Notes: a model not told the origin generated them from the letters alone. DNA of 41,310 nucleotides from a virus (IMGVR_UViG_3300048856_000105:1-41310); one strand, 5' to 3'; shown: positions 26,567-35,924, counted from the first letter of the stretch. Program-made: numbers and translations.

Positions 26567-27055
26567 CTACTCTCTGCGGGCTTCGCGCACCGCCTTGTTG
26601 ACTGCCGTCAGGATCATCCGCCGGATCTTCGGCTTCATGGCTCGGTAGGTCGGGAAGATGTGCGGCTGCGCGGGCGATCCAGGATGCATCTGGCCTTTGC
26701 TTTCGGCCATCTGATTCCTGCCAAGTACCGTGCCGCCTCCTCGCGTGTTGTTGTGTGGAGCGGTGCCGAACTCCAGGAAGCGCCAGGTAAACTTGGCGAA
26801 GATGCCAGTTGCGCTTGGATCCTTTGTCGCCGTGATGTTGACCCGCTCCTGCGCCGGGCGGCTGCTCAGCAGGTCGCCGTCGATGCTCTCCATGTAGTCG
26901 AGCGTGGCACCGGTGGGTGCGCGAGTGCGGATCTCTTCGGCAAGCTGATCAGCGGCCTTGATCTTGGCTTCCGCAGCGTACTTCTCGACGTTCGGCGCCA
27001 ACTGGTTGAGCCGGCGCATCAGGCCTTCACGGCCACGAAGCTGGGCGGACATCAT
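26567..27055 (-). CDS. HK97 gp10-like neck/tail completion protein
   Basis: WRFLEFGT..HPG.PAQPHIFP. Confidence 0.85.
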   Translation of the reverse strand: MMSAQLRGREGLMRRLNQLAPNVEKYAAEAKIKAADQLAEEIRTRAPTGATLDYMESIDGDLLSSRPAQERVNITATKDPSATGIFAKFTWRFLEFGTAPHNNTRGGGTVLGRNQMAESKGQMHPGSPAQPHIFPTYRAMKPKIRRMILTAVNKAVREARRE

Positions 27056-27396
27056 CCCGCCTCTCCCAGCGTTGCCATGATGTCGAGCGTCCGGTTCTTT
27101 TGATCCATGTCGGCAACCGACGTGATGTTGAAGATCCGGCGCGGGTCGCGCTTGTCGACGATGCGCCAGGCGGTCGAGACGTCGCGCGCGGCGGTGCAAC
27201 TCGGGATCCTGACAACATACGGCTGGACGCCGGTGAGACGCGCCGCGATGACGGGCTCGCTGCCCTTCATCGGGATAAGCTCGGCGGTGGTTTCGAACAC
27301 CGTAGCGAAGTCACCCGCGACCTCATTGCCATAGCCGTCATCGACCGCGGCGCGACGCTGCATCAGTAGCACCTGCCGCCTTTTGCCGGCGCTCAT
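27052..27396 (-). CDS. head closure / head-tail adaptor
   Basis: DDGYGN..WRIVD..FNITSV. Confidence 0.85.
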   Translation of the reverse strand: MSAGKRRQVLLMQRRAAVDDGYGNEVAGDFATVFETTAELIPMKGSEPVIAARLTGVQPYVVRIPSCTAARDVSTAWRIVDKRDPRRIFNITSVADMDQKNRTLDIMATLGEAG

Positions 27397-27527
27397 TGGC
27401 GCCATCCCCAGATTGACCAGGCGAAGCAAATCGCGTTAGGCCAGCCGCAGCCAAGGTCGTAGCCGATTTTCACGTCGATCACGAACTGCCAAGCAGCGCC
27501 GAGGTGGCGCGCAAACTTTGCCGTCAT
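27393..27527 (-). CDS. 44 aa Trp-rich small protein (not in ORF track)
   Basis: ATGA overlaps with both flanking genes. Confidence 0.5.
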   Translation of the reverse strand: MTAKFARHLGAAWQFVIDVKIGYDLGCGWPNAICFAWSIWGWRQ

Positions 27528-27706
27528 CCGGACCTCTTGGGAGTTGGCGTTTCTTCGGCCGCGCCCTTGGCAGCGGCTTTCTCAGCGCAGGCGCGGGTGA
27601 CCGCGTAGCGGCCGTCCCTGAACCTGCCGCCGTCGGGCTTGAAGACCTGCGAGACAGCCGGGCTGATGTGCCAGGTGAACTTCTTCGAGAACTTGAGCCA
27701 GGGCAT
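27524..27706 (-). CDS. small head-region protein
   Basis: MPWLKF..VTRACAEKA; TAATG coupling. Confidence 0.7.
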   Translation of the reverse strand: MPWLKFSKKFTWHISPAVSQVFKPDGGRFRDGRYAVTRACAEKAAAKGAAEETPTPKRSG

Positions 27707-28062
27707 TAGGAGCAGTCCTCCTTTAGGGAGCGCCAAGCTCGCCAAGGCGCCAGCAGCGCACGAACCGCACGCGGAAGAACAGCGTCACCAGTCAGTTTCG
27801 GATCCGGCTCGCGGACTTCGTAAAGGTCGCCGGCGACGAGGAGGATGGCTGCCACAATAGGCTGCGTCACCTTCATGGCCGTCGGGTCATAGCCAGGCTC
27901 GCCTTCAACAGGCAGGACCACATCCGCAGCAACAACGACCCGGTCGAGATACTCGACGACGATCGCTTCAGCAGCGGCGCCGTAAAGCTCAATCTCGGCA
28001 TCCTCGTCGGAGTGAAGCACACGCAGGTGCTTCTTCAATGTGTCGAGATCGATGAGCGCCAT
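27706..28062 (-). CDS. head-tail connector (gp6-like)
   Basis: LKKHLRV..AAILLVAGDLYEVRE..ALLAPWR. Confidence 0.9.
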   Translation of the reverse strand: MALIDLDTLKKHLRVLHSDEDAEIELYGAAAEAIVVEYLDRVVVAADVVLPVEGEPGYDPTAMKVTQPIVAAILLVAGDLYEVREPDPKLTGDAVLPRAVRALLAPWRAWRSLKEDCS

Positions 28063-28065
28063 GCG

Positions 28066-28203
28066 TTACTCGCTGTCGGTGGTCGGAGTGTCGGCGGGCG
28101 TTGAACGCGCCTCAGGATCGGGATCGGCCGGCGGGTCTTTCACCACAACACCGGCACCGATGTAGCTGGCAACGCGCCGCTTACGAACCTTCGTTGGCAG
28201 CAT
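28066..28203 (-). CDS. 45 aa hypothetical protein (not in ORF track)
   Basis: MLPTKVRKRRVASYIGAG...; fills gap in operon. Confidence 0.5.
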   Translation of the reverse strand: MLPTKVRKRRVASYIGAGVVVKDPPADPDPEARSTPADTPTTDSE

Positions 28204-28423
28204 CGGCCTTGCCCTTTCGCTTCGGGCGCTCGGTGGCGATTACCGGCGGCTCAACGTCTTCAACGACGGGCGCCTCTGCATCACCTACTATGGTGACAAG
28301 GCCCTGCGCTTCGAGCAGCTTCGCTTCCCCAGCCTCAACCGTGAACGGCTCGCTCTTCTTAGTCTTCAGGTCTTTGCCCACCGCGAAAGTGCGGATGGCT
28401 TTGACTTCAAGATAATCAGTCAT
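28181..28423 (-). CDS. small head-associated protein
   Basis: AAGGAG RBS, 80 aa after capsid. Confidence 0.7.
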   Translation of the reverse strand: MTDYLEVKAIRTFAVGKDLKTKKSEPFTVEAGEAKLLEAQGLVTIVGDAEAPVVEDVEPPVIATERPKRKGKADAANEGS

Positions 28424-28441
28424 GAGTTCTCCTTGTGAGAA

Positions 28442-28461
28442 CGGGGAGCCGAAGCTCCCCG
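28442..28461 (-). terminator. UUCG-capped hairpin after major capsid gene
   Basis: CGGGGAGC-TTCG-GCTCCCCG. Confidence 0.65.
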
Positions 28462-28467
28462 AACCAA

Positions 28468-29670
28468 TTAGGCGGCTTCGACGTCGCCGGTGACGAAGGA
28501 CTCGGGGCGGAATACAGCAAACGCGAGGCGCTCTTCAGCGCGGATCGTGAACATGTTCTTCTCGAAGTCATCGACGTTCTCGCTGGAGAGGAGAACCTCG
28601 ATCTCCATGCGGTCGAAGATCTGCGCGGCAAAGGAGAACGCGCCGGTGAGGAACTCGCCTGCGGCCATGGCCTGCGTCGACACAACCGGCAGGTTCCAGA
28701 GCGTCGGCGTGAGCGAGCCCTGCGGATTGCCGATGATGTAGTTGCCGCCGGCGTCCTTGGTCAGCTCGATCTTCGCCCAGTCGATCGGGTTCAGAACGAA
28801 CGCGGTAGCCGGGTACTCGGCGAGGACGACCTGCAGAACGGCGAGACGCAGACGGTCAATGCCGGTCTCGTCGGCAGCAGCAAAGGCTGGATTGAACGCA
28901 GTCGCCTGCGGCACGAGGCCGTGGATGTTCTGGCCGGTGCCAGAGCCATTCAGCAGCTGGTTCTCTTCGGCGAAGCGCAGGCCGTAGCGGGCGCGACCGT
29001 CGATGTAGGAGCGGAGCGCCGGAGCGTCGTCCAGGATCTGCCGAGAAGCCTTGAACAGGTGCGCGATCGTACGAACCGGCGCAGACGTCATGTCGAACGT
29101 CAGATCCGAATACGGCTTCGCGGTCGTTTCGGCGACCGGAGCAGCGTTGTTCGTGAATCCCGTCTCCTTGACGTACTCGATCGAGTTCGACGTCGTCTGG
29201 CCGGGCATCACCAAATCGCGGATCGTCAGCTGGCGCTCCGGCAGGCCGAAGATGCCGGGAACGCGGGCGCCCGGGACGAGCGAAGTGCCCTGCGACCGAC
29301 CAGCGCCGACGGTCGTATTTGCGGACGTGATGGCGGCGCGGTCAGCCTTCACTTTGATGAGGCCGCGATACGAAGAATCGAAGGAATGAGAGCCAGCCGA
29401 TTCGACGACGAGATCGCCGAGCGACTTCTGCTCGTCGACACCGTCTTCCTTCTCGCGAGCGGCGCGCTTCTCCAGATCGCCGAGGCGAGTGGTCACGTCG
29501 CCGAGATCGGACAGAGCCTTGTCGGTCTTTTCCTTCAGCTCGGCGGAAACGGAGCCGTTGGCAGCGAGCTTGGAGGTGAAGTCGTTTGCGAGGTTGCCGA
29601 CCTGCTCCTTGATGGAGGCCAGCGAAGTGCCCAGTTCGCCGATCTTATCGGCAAGTTGATTGTCAGCCAT
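28468..29670 (-). CDS. major capsid protein, HK97 fold
   Basis: N-terminal delta domain; KASRQILDDA; LLNGSG; IRAEERLA. Confidence 0.96.
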   Translation of the reverse strand: MADNQLADKIGELGTSLASIKEQVGNLANDFTSKLAANGSVSAELKEKTDKALSDLGDVTTRLGDLEKRAAREKEDGVDEQKSLGDLVVESAGSHSFDSSYRGLIKVKADRAAITSANTTVGAGRSQGTSLVPGARVPGIFGLPERQLTIRDLVMPGQTTSNSIEYVKETGFTNNAAPVAETTAKPYSDLTFDMTSAPVRTIAHLFKASRQILDDAPALRSYIDGRARYGLRFAEENQLLNGSGTGQNIHGLVPQATAFNPAFAAADETGIDRLRLAVLQVVLAEYPATAFVLNPIDWAKIELTKDAGGNYIIGNPQGSLTPTLWNLPVVSTQAMAAGEFLTGAFSFAAQIFDRMEIEVLLSSENVDDFEKNMFTIRAEERLAFAVFRPESFVTGDVEAA

Positions 29671-29680
29671 AGTGGCTCCT

Positions 29681-30802
29681 TCAGATTTTGATGAGGGGTG
29701 TTTTTGCTTCGGCTAGAAGCCGGTCTAGGGCTGCCAAAGCAGCAGCATCCGCGTCGACGTCAGGAGCCCCCTGACCATCCTTGAGGTAGAGCCGAGCGGC
29801 CCGCTCTGCCTCAGAGCCCGACAACCCCATCAGTCCCCTGATGCCGTTCTCGAACTCGCGTTTCGTGATTGGTTCGCCGGCAGCCATCTTGGCTGCGAGC
29901 ATGCTGGCGGATTCGGCGCGCGACGCGTTCGCCGCCTTGATGCGGCGGATCGAAGAAGGCTGCGTATCAGCGCCAAAGCGCTCCAGCGTCTCGTCTAGCG
30001 TCGCAATGCGATCAACCATGCCGCGCTCAAAAAGAGCTTCGGCGTAGAACACCCTGCCCTGCCCGTATCCGTCCTCGACCTTCGCCGCCGTGGTGCCGCG
30101 TCCTTCCGCGACAGCCGCAACAAACTTGTTGTAGGACCGGTTGATGCCGTCCTGCACATGCGCGAGCGTTTCCTTGCTCAGCGGCTCGGTCTCGTTGCCT
30201 TCGACCTTGTGCTTGCCAGCGGAAATGTAGGTGCGCTTGATGCCTCGCTGCTCAAGAGCGGCCGAAACATCGTCGTGAGCCGTGTAGACGCCGATGGAAC
30301 CTGCGCGGCCGGACGGCGTGACGACGATCTCGTCGGCGGAGGCCGCGATCCAGTACGCCGCGCTCGCCGCGAGGCTGTTGACCTGCGCAATGATCGGCTT
30401 TTCGCCGCCGCGGAGCTTCCGGATCTCGGTCGCAAGCTCGTCCGTGCCGGGAACCGTCCCGCCGGGGCTGTCGATGTCGAGGACAACGGCCTTCACATCG
30501 TCGTTCGCGAGCGCAGAATGGAGGTTCTTCTTGATGCTGGCGTACGAAGACCCACCGCTCATCGCCGAAAACAGGTCCATCTTCTGCGCCAGAACCCCGT
30601 AAACCGGGATGACCGCGACTTTGCCGTTGGTCTCGGCGATGTCCTTGGCTCGTGCCTCATCGATGGATGCTGCCATCTCAGACGAGAACAGCTTCTCGCC
30701 GGAAGCACGAGCCACAAGCACGTCTGCCAGCAGACCCAGCTTTTCCGGCTGAATCGCCCAAGGCTCGGCCAGAAAGGCCGAGATAAGGTGTTCGAACTTC
30801 AT
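29681..30802 (-). CDS. S49 (SppA-type) prohead protease
   Basis: IDSPGG, AASAAYWIA, GSIGV. Confidence 0.92.
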   Translation of the reverse strand: MKFEHLISAFLAEPWAIQPEKLGLLADVLVARASGEKLFSSEMAASIDEARAKDIAETNGKVAVIPVYGVLAQKMDLFSAMSGGSSYASIKKNLHSALANDDVKAVVLDIDSPGGTVPGTDELATEIRKLRGGEKPIIAQVNSLAASAAYWIAASADEIVVTPSGRAGSIGVYTAHDDVSAALEQRGIKRTYISAGKHKVEGNETEPLSKETLAHVQDGINRSYNKFVAAVAEGRGTTAAKVEDGYGQGRVFYAEALFERGMVDRIATLDETLERFGADTQPSSIRRIKAANASRAESASMLAAKMAAGEPITKREFENGIRGLMGLSGSEAERAARLYLKDGQGAPDVDADAAALAALDRLLAEAKTPLIKI

Positions 30803-30811
30803 GATTTGTCC

Positions 30812-32038
30812 TTAGGCAGCGCGTGTTACGGCCGGTTCAGGCTGTGCAACGGGCTCTTCGCCGAGCTTTTCGAGCGGCGTCATCGTGCCGTTGACGATGG
30901 AGCGGTTGCCGCCAGGCGTTGGAGCCTTGTCCTCGTAGCCGCGAGCCTCGTCGACGTGGTAGATGCCGGCCTGCACCATCTTGGAAAGGAACTCGGCTCG
31001 CGCCTGGCTGTCGCCGCGGAGCAGTTCTTCCATGTTGAACTTGACCTTCACCGTCTTGCGCGTGTTGGCGTCCAGCAGGTCGCGATAAATAGCGGCCTCG
31101 ATGCGTTTCAGCATCGGCCGCATGCAGGTTTTCGTGAACTGCAGGATAAGCTGCTCGATGCCGCTGCCCCAGGTCGTCGTGCCGTTGGCAGCGTGACCGA
31201 TCATCACCGGTGGGACACCGAAGATGCGGCAGATCTGCTCGACGCTGTACTGGCGCGCCTCGAGGAACTGCGCGTCCTTCGGGTTGATCGACATTGGATA
31301 GGGCTTGAAGCCCGCCTCCAGCACCGTCACGCCGCCGGCTTTCTCTGCGCCCGCAAACTGCGTCAGCGTGTCAGAGATCTGCTTCCGCTGCTCAGGCTTG
31401 AGGATCTGGTCGGAACTGACGATGAGCGACGACAGAAGGCCGTTCTTGAACATCCGCCCGGCGACTTTCTCGCCGGAAAGCGCATTGCCAACCGTGTTGC
31501 GGACGACGCCGATCGGCGACATGCCGCGGTCACAGCCAGGAAGACGAGCGCCACGGACGTGGAACATCTTGTCCTCGGCGATGCGGCGCTTCTTGCCGTC
31601 TTCCGTCACCTCGTAGTAGCGCGTGTTGCGCTTATCCCGGCAAACCTCAACACTGAGAGGATGGAGCGGGTTGAGCGCGACCAGCCGATCGCCGTTCATC
31701 TTCTTCTCCGCGAAGAAGTTGCCGTCCATCATCAGGCACAGCGCCGCCATCGACCAGAACTCCGGTGCGGTATCGTCAATGTTGGGCATGTCGTGCAGAA
31801 GCTCGTAGAGCGGCGAGCCCTTGTCGATGGTGACGCCATCTCCGTTGTAGACAATGCACGGCAGGGTGCCGGCCGCATTCTGGATGAGGTTGACGCAAGC
31901 CCACACGGCGTCGAGCGACAGCGCGCTCTCGATCGTCACCACCTCGCCCGACGTGCTGCCGAGGCCGAAGAAGCCGCGCCAGAACTCGCCGTCGGTGAGC
32001 TTGATCGGTCGCCCTACCCACCTGTCAAAGAGGCCCAT
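30812..32038 (-). CDS. portal protein, HK97 family
   Basis: AVWACV, GMSPI, QFLEAR..ICRIFGVPP, LLRGD. Confidence 0.96.
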   Translation of the reverse strand: MGLFDRWVGRPIKLTDGEFWRGFFGLGSTSGEVVTIESALSLDAVWACVNLIQNAAGTLPCIVYNGDGVTIDKGSPLYELLHDMPNIDDTAPEFWSMAALCLMMDGNFFAEKKMNGDRLVALNPLHPLSVEVCRDKRNTRYYEVTEDGKKRRIAEDKMFHVRGARLPGCDRGMSPIGVVRNTVGNALSGEKVAGRMFKNGLLSSLIVSSDQILKPEQRKQISDTLTQFAGAEKAGGVTVLEAGFKPYPMSINPKDAQFLEARQYSVEQICRIFGVPPVMIGHAANGTTTWGSGIEQLILQFTKTCMRPMLKRIEAAIYRDLLDANTRKTVKVKFNMEELLRGDSQARAEFLSKMVQAGIYHVDEARGYEDKAPTPGGNRSIVNGTMTPLEKLGEEPVAQPEPAVTRAA

Positions 32039-32054
32039 GGCAATCCTTTGCGGG

Positions 32055-33956
32055 TCACCACGTGACCGAAATCATGTTGTTGACGAAGTCGTCGAGGTTC
32101 GGCCCGCTCTCAGCGGCGCCATCAAGCGCAGCGCCCACAGCCATTGCCGCAGCGACTGCCGGGTCGATACGAACCGTGGACTTCTTCTTGCTGAACCACT
32201 GGTTGCCCATGAGCGGATCGGTTTCGATGGCCACGCCCATGAGAGCACCAAGGAGAACCGGCGATCGGCGGATCCTGATGCGCTCCTCAAGAATGAGCGT
32301 CTCCAAAGCGGCAACGCTGCCTGGCATCCACAAGCCGAGAGGCTTCGGGAGACCGGCGGCCTCCGCTGCCTCGACCTTTTCGTCGGATGGCGCTGCACGT
32401 TTCTTGCCACCCTGCGGGTGCATCACCGTGTTAAGTTCGATACCGTAGTTGTCGAGCTCCTCCTGGAACTTGTCATAGACGTACTTGTCGTATGCCAAGA
32501 TCCCGATGCCATGCTCGACGCTCAAGCGCGCGAATAGCGCTGCGACGTGGTCGTATCGAACACGCGCGCCTTCAGGAGCGTTGATGTAGCCCTGCTCCCA
32601 CCACAGCCGGTAAGGAACGTGGTCGACCTTGCCGCGCTCGTCCATCGTGTCGCGCGGCGTGAACGCCTCGATCCACAAGTCGAAGGTGGGAAGGTCGGCG
32701 TCGGTGCCGTCGGCGCGCATCACGCGCTTGGTGCCGGTCTCAACGACAAAGGCCGCAGCGGTCAAATCCTTGGCGCCGGACAGGTCGAGGCCGGCAGCGT
32801 TAATCAGCTTGCCCGCATGCTCCTCATACGGATCGAAATCCGCCATCACCTTCTCTAAGATCGGGCGCGGTATCCATGCAGTATCAGCCTCCGTCCACAC
32901 GCAGAAGTGCAGCCTGAGGATACCGTTCCGCTTCGATGGGATGTCGCGGGCCTGGGCAACGACGCCTTCGATGTACTCGTACTTCAGCGTGACGCCGAGG
33001 AGCGGATTGGCCTTGATCCAGCACGATGGGTCCGTGAATGGGTCGTCGCCTTTATCGAGAGCGCAGACGTAGGAGAACGATTCGTCGCCCGCCTGCCCCA
33101 GCACCTCGCCGACATACGTGAAGTCGTCGTCGGGCGTCCTGGTGCCGGCCGCAACCTGCACTGCCCACTGATGCTCAGCCCAGCAGACGCTGTTGCGATC
33201 CGAACCGGAGTTAGTGATCATCAGAAGCAAAGGCTGGTCGCGGAACTTGAAGCCGCGCTCGAGCATCTCAAGCGTCTTGCCGTCTGGGTGCTCGTGGATC
33301 TCGTCGCACAACGCGACGTAAGGACGAGGACCGCTGTGCGCCTGCTCGCGCGAAATCGGCCGGTAGAACGACCGGCTCTTGAGGTCCGCCAGGTTCCAGA
33401 CCGGATTGCCGCCCGATGGCGTCAGTCTGGACTTCAGCGCCGGCGACTGCTCGTACATAGCAACCGAGTCGCGAAACAGAACGAAGGCCTGCGCCTTGTC
33501 TTTGCCTGCTGCGTAGATCTCTGCGGCAGCCTCGCCGTCAGCGGTCATGCAATAAAGGCCAATTGCGCCGGCGAGTGGCGACTTGCCCTGCCCTTTTGCC
33601 TGCTCGATGTAAGCGCGCCGAAAGCGGCGCACGATCTTTCCTTCATCATTGGTGCGCTTCCATCCGAAGATGGAACCAGCAACAAATGCCTGGCTAGGCT
33701 GCAGGATGAATGGCTTGCCTTCGAACTGGCCGCCGTTGAGCCGGAGCACGTCGCGGCAGTAGCCGATGAAGCGGTTTGCAGCCGCAAGATCCCAGATCAA
33801 GCCGCGCTTGTGGCCGTCCTCCATGTCTGCCATGTGCCGACGGCAGGCGTTGCGGACGTGAGGCCCGGCGACAATGTCGCCACGAACCACGGCCTCAGCA
33901 TAGGCAGTAACAGGATCAGGTGAAGTATTGGTCGGCGGGGTCTTTTTCTTCGCCAC
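32055..33956 (-). CDS. terL: terminase large subunit
   Basis: Walker A KGQGKS, DEIHEH, GLDLS, RIDPAVA. Confidence 0.96.
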   Translation of the reverse strand: MAKKKTPPTNTSPDPVTAYAEAVVRGDIVAGPHVRNACRRHMADMEDGHKRGLIWDLAAANRFIGYCRDVLRLNGGQFEGKPFILQPSQAFVAGSIFGWKRTNDEGKIVRRFRRAYIEQAKGQGKSPLAGAIGLYCMTADGEAAAEIYAAGKDKAQAFVLFRDSVAMYEQSPALKSRLTPSGGNPVWNLADLKSRSFYRPISREQAHSGPRPYVALCDEIHEHPDGKTLEMLERGFKFRDQPLLLMITNSGSDRNSVCWAEHQWAVQVAAGTRTPDDDFTYVGEVLGQAGDESFSYVCALDKGDDPFTDPSCWIKANPLLGVTLKYEYIEGVVAQARDIPSKRNGILRLHFCVWTEADTAWIPRPILEKVMADFDPYEEHAGKLINAAGLDLSGAKDLTAAAFVVETGTKRVMRADGTDADLPTFDLWIEAFTPRDTMDERGKVDHVPYRLWWEQGYINAPEGARVRYDHVAALFARLSVEHGIGILAYDKYVYDKFQEELDNYGIELNTVMHPQGGKKRAAPSDEKVEAAEAAGLPKPLGLWMPGSVAALETLILEERIRIRRSPVLLGALMGVAIETDPLMGNQWFSKKKSTVRIDPAVAAAMAVGAALDGAAESGPNLDDFVNNMISVTW

Positions 33957-34299
33957 TTGGCTTAGCTCCCGCCTTCGATGCATCCGCTGGTGTCGCGCCC
34001 ATCTGGCCGAGGCACTGCCTCAGCAGGTTCAAAGCCTGCACGCCGACGTCCTCGCCAGCCATAAGCCTTCCGCGCACATAACTCGCGATTTCTACCAGGG
34101 CACGGTGCGAGCTATTCAGCCACGGGATCTCCGCGGCGATGACGCGCCATGCCTGCTGTTGATTTACGGGCATCCATACCGGAGGGTCGCCAAGATCCTC
34201 TGCGACTTCCGGCTCCTGCCGCTCCTCAAACTTCTTCCGCCGAACGGCAGCCTGCCCGGTTGCCGCGGCCTTCGCCTTCGGCGTCCGTGGCCTTGCCAT
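33916..34299 (-). CDS. terS: terminase small subunit (P27-like)
   Basis: MARPRTP.., PPVW, QMGATPA. Confidence 0.88.
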   Translation of the reverse strand: MARPRTPKAKAAATGQAAVRRKKFEERQEPEVAEDLGDPPVWMPVNQQQAWRVIAAEIPWLNSSHRALVEIASYVRGRLMAGEDVGVQALNLLRQCLGQMGATPADASKAGAKPSGEEKDPADQYFT

Positions 34300-34413
34300 T
34301 TTCAGCTCCCACCCCTCTAGGGGTCATATTTTGAATTGGAAAAATGCGCGCGAATGACCCACACCGGTACTATGCCGGCCGCCTTCCAGAGTTGCGGAAT
34401 ACCCCCTCACGCA
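34300..34413. other. probable cos region
   Basis: intergenic between HNH and terS; minus strand GGGGG..ACCGGTGTGGG..CGCGC..ATTTT layout as in HK97-like cos phages; exact cut site not determinable. Confidence 0.55.
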
Positions 34414-34722
34414 TCACAGCGGCCACCCATCCGGTCCGTACCGGATGACCACCTTGCCGTGGTCCTCCAGCTGCCCTAGTGACGAGTGGCACGGCTTGCA
34501 GGTGCTGACGAAGGGCCCGCTCCAGAACAAGTCGAGGTCGCCCTTATGTGCAATCGCATGGTGAACTTCAGTCGCGACAGTGACATCTTCGCGCTCGAGG
34601 CACCACTCGCACAGCGGATGAAGCGACAGCTGATGGACGCGTAGCCGCTTCCATGCCGCTGTCTGGTAGAGGCGGCGGTATTGCACGGCCTCCTCGCTGC
34701 GGTGGTCAGGCTTCATCGTCAT
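34414..34722 (-). CDS. HNH endonuclease (gp74-like terminase cofactor)
   Basis: PLCEWC..VHH..H.GD..CKPCH upstream of terS. Confidence 0.88.
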   Translation of the reverse strand: MTMKPDHRSEEAVQYRRLYQTAAWKRLRVHQLSLHPLCEWCLEREDVTVATEVHHAIAHKGDLDLFWSGPFVSTCKPCHSSLGQLEDHGKVVIRYGPDGWPL

Positions 34723-34876
34723 CGATGCTGGCGCCGATCTTGACCGGACTTACCCAGATCATCGCGGCTAGCAGCTTGGCTGTCAGCCACATGCGGAAGC
34801 CGAACGCGCGGGGCATGCGGATGCTGATGGTGATGTTCTCGCAGATCACCTTGCCGTCGACGGTGAGTTCGTTCAT
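34706..34876 (-). CDS. small hypothetical protein
   Basis: MNELTV start with GAGG RBS; overlaps HNH start. Confidence 0.5.
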   Translation of the reverse strand: MNELTVDGKVICENITISIRMPRAFGFRMWLTAKLLAAMIWVSPVKIGASIDDDEA

Positions 34877-34906
34877 CTTCCGGGCCTCAACAAGTGGGAG
34901 AAGAGA

Positions 34907-35095
34907 ATGCACGACACGACCGTCGTTATGTTCGACGAAGGGCTCGTCACCATCCGAGACGATCTGGATCACTCTCGGATCGCGCAGGAGCTCGCCACAA
35001 AGGGTTTCTACACAACCAAGAAGGTTACCCTCGGCAGGGTGACGGAGTACACGCTGATGAAGGCGGGCGTGATGGCCATGTTCCCAGTTCGTTAG
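34907..35095 (+). CDS. small opposite-strand hypothetical protein
   Basis: GGGAG RBS, 62 aa, wHTH-like end. Confidence 0.5.
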   Translation: MHDTTVVMFDEGLVTIRDDLDHSRIAQELATKGFYTTKKVTLGRVTEYTLMKAGVMAMFPVR

Positions 35096-35202
35096 GATCT
35101 CGCGAGGTGCTTAGATGGACTGGCAAACAGGAGCGACTTGCTAAGCGGCAACGAGAGGGGACGCCTGTTGGCATTCCACGGCACGACCATGCCCTCTCGA
35201 TC

Positions 35203-35279
35203 TGGTTGCGGGGACCGGACTTGAACCGGTGACCTCCAGCTTATGAGGCTGGCGAGCTACCATGCTGCTCTACCCCGCA
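35203..35279 (-). tRNA. tRNA-Met (CAT), fMet-like body with atypical identity elements
   Basis: 77 nt cloverleaf TGCGGGG..CCAGC-CTCATAA-GCTGG..GGTTCAAGTCC..CCCCGCA-ACCA. Confidence 0.93.
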
Positions 35280-35378
35280 GAACTTGGAATGTGAGTGCCT
35301 CATACCCATATGAGGGCCACATGAGCGGCAGCCGCAGTGCGTGGCATTTACTGGCCGCCTCATCTCAAGGAGACAATC

Positions 35379-35540
35379 ATGACAGAACGAGAAGGCGCCT
35401 CGGCGTCAGCGGCAGCCTATGAGCCAAAGATCCTGGCCAAGAAGTTTCGCATCTCTATCGATGAAGCGACAAAGATCATCGCTCAGCACGGCTCGGATCG
35501 TAAGGCGATAGATAAAGCCGCGCGCCGCCTCGTGCCCTGA
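35379..35540 (+). CDS. DUF3606-like small protein
   Basis: AAGGAG RBS; LAKKFRISIDEATKIIAQHGSDR. Confidence 0.65.
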   Translation: MTEREGASASAAAYEPKILAKKFRISIDEATKIIAQHGSDRKAIDKAARRLVP

Positions 35541-35584
35541 TGATAAATGCGCCGAGCTCAACCCAAAGGGAGCCCGGCGCAGGA

Positions 35585-35850
35585 TCGCCCGTCGCTGAGA
35601 GGAGGCAGCGCCAGGCAATGCAGTACCGTGGGCGCATACCAACAGGCAGAGGCGAGGCCACGGCTTACGAAGGACCACCAGGGGTGCGCGTCACTGAGAG
35701 GCGTAGGCGGTACTATAGGTGGGATGGCGCAGCGCTGCAGACGCTATGTCTCCGAGCGCAATGCTGGCAGAGGCCATCCCGACGAAGCCGCTAGGCGGCT
35801 CGCAGATAGTTACCCAAAGCTCAGAGGCTGCAACGGGTGCAGCATGGCGA
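35585..35850 (-). ncRNA. candidate structured RNA in late leader
   Basis: five stems and five regularly spaced CCUCU motifs; no credible ORF; strand inferred from context. Confidence 0.4.
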
Positions 35851-35859
35851 TGGGGCGGG

Positions 35860-35891
35860 GTCATACCCCTTCATGAATAAAGGGGTATGAC
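35860..35891. promoter_or_regulatory. perfect 12-bp inverted repeat, candidate late-promoter operator
   Basis: GTCATACCCCTT-N8-AAGGGGTATGAC. Confidence 0.55.
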
Positions 35892-35924
35892 ATGGCGAAA
35901 AGGTCAGTATGCGCCCGAAGAAAA

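Noticed and set aside
25306-32038. C-terminal AA on portal, capsid and chaperone as ClpX degrons
   Set aside because: Ala-Ala ends are frequent in GC-rich genes and structural proteins are unlikely targets; not evidence on their own.
30158-32065. 635-aa + strand ORF (similarly 28435..29691, 32907..33923, 17566..18636, 38209..39498)
   Set aside because: Antisense shadows of well-supported phage genes, common in high-GC DNA; no motifs.
35203-35279. tRNA as prophage attachment site
   Set aside because: It is internal to the late operon, far from the integrase, and I saw no duplicated 3' fragment in the window.
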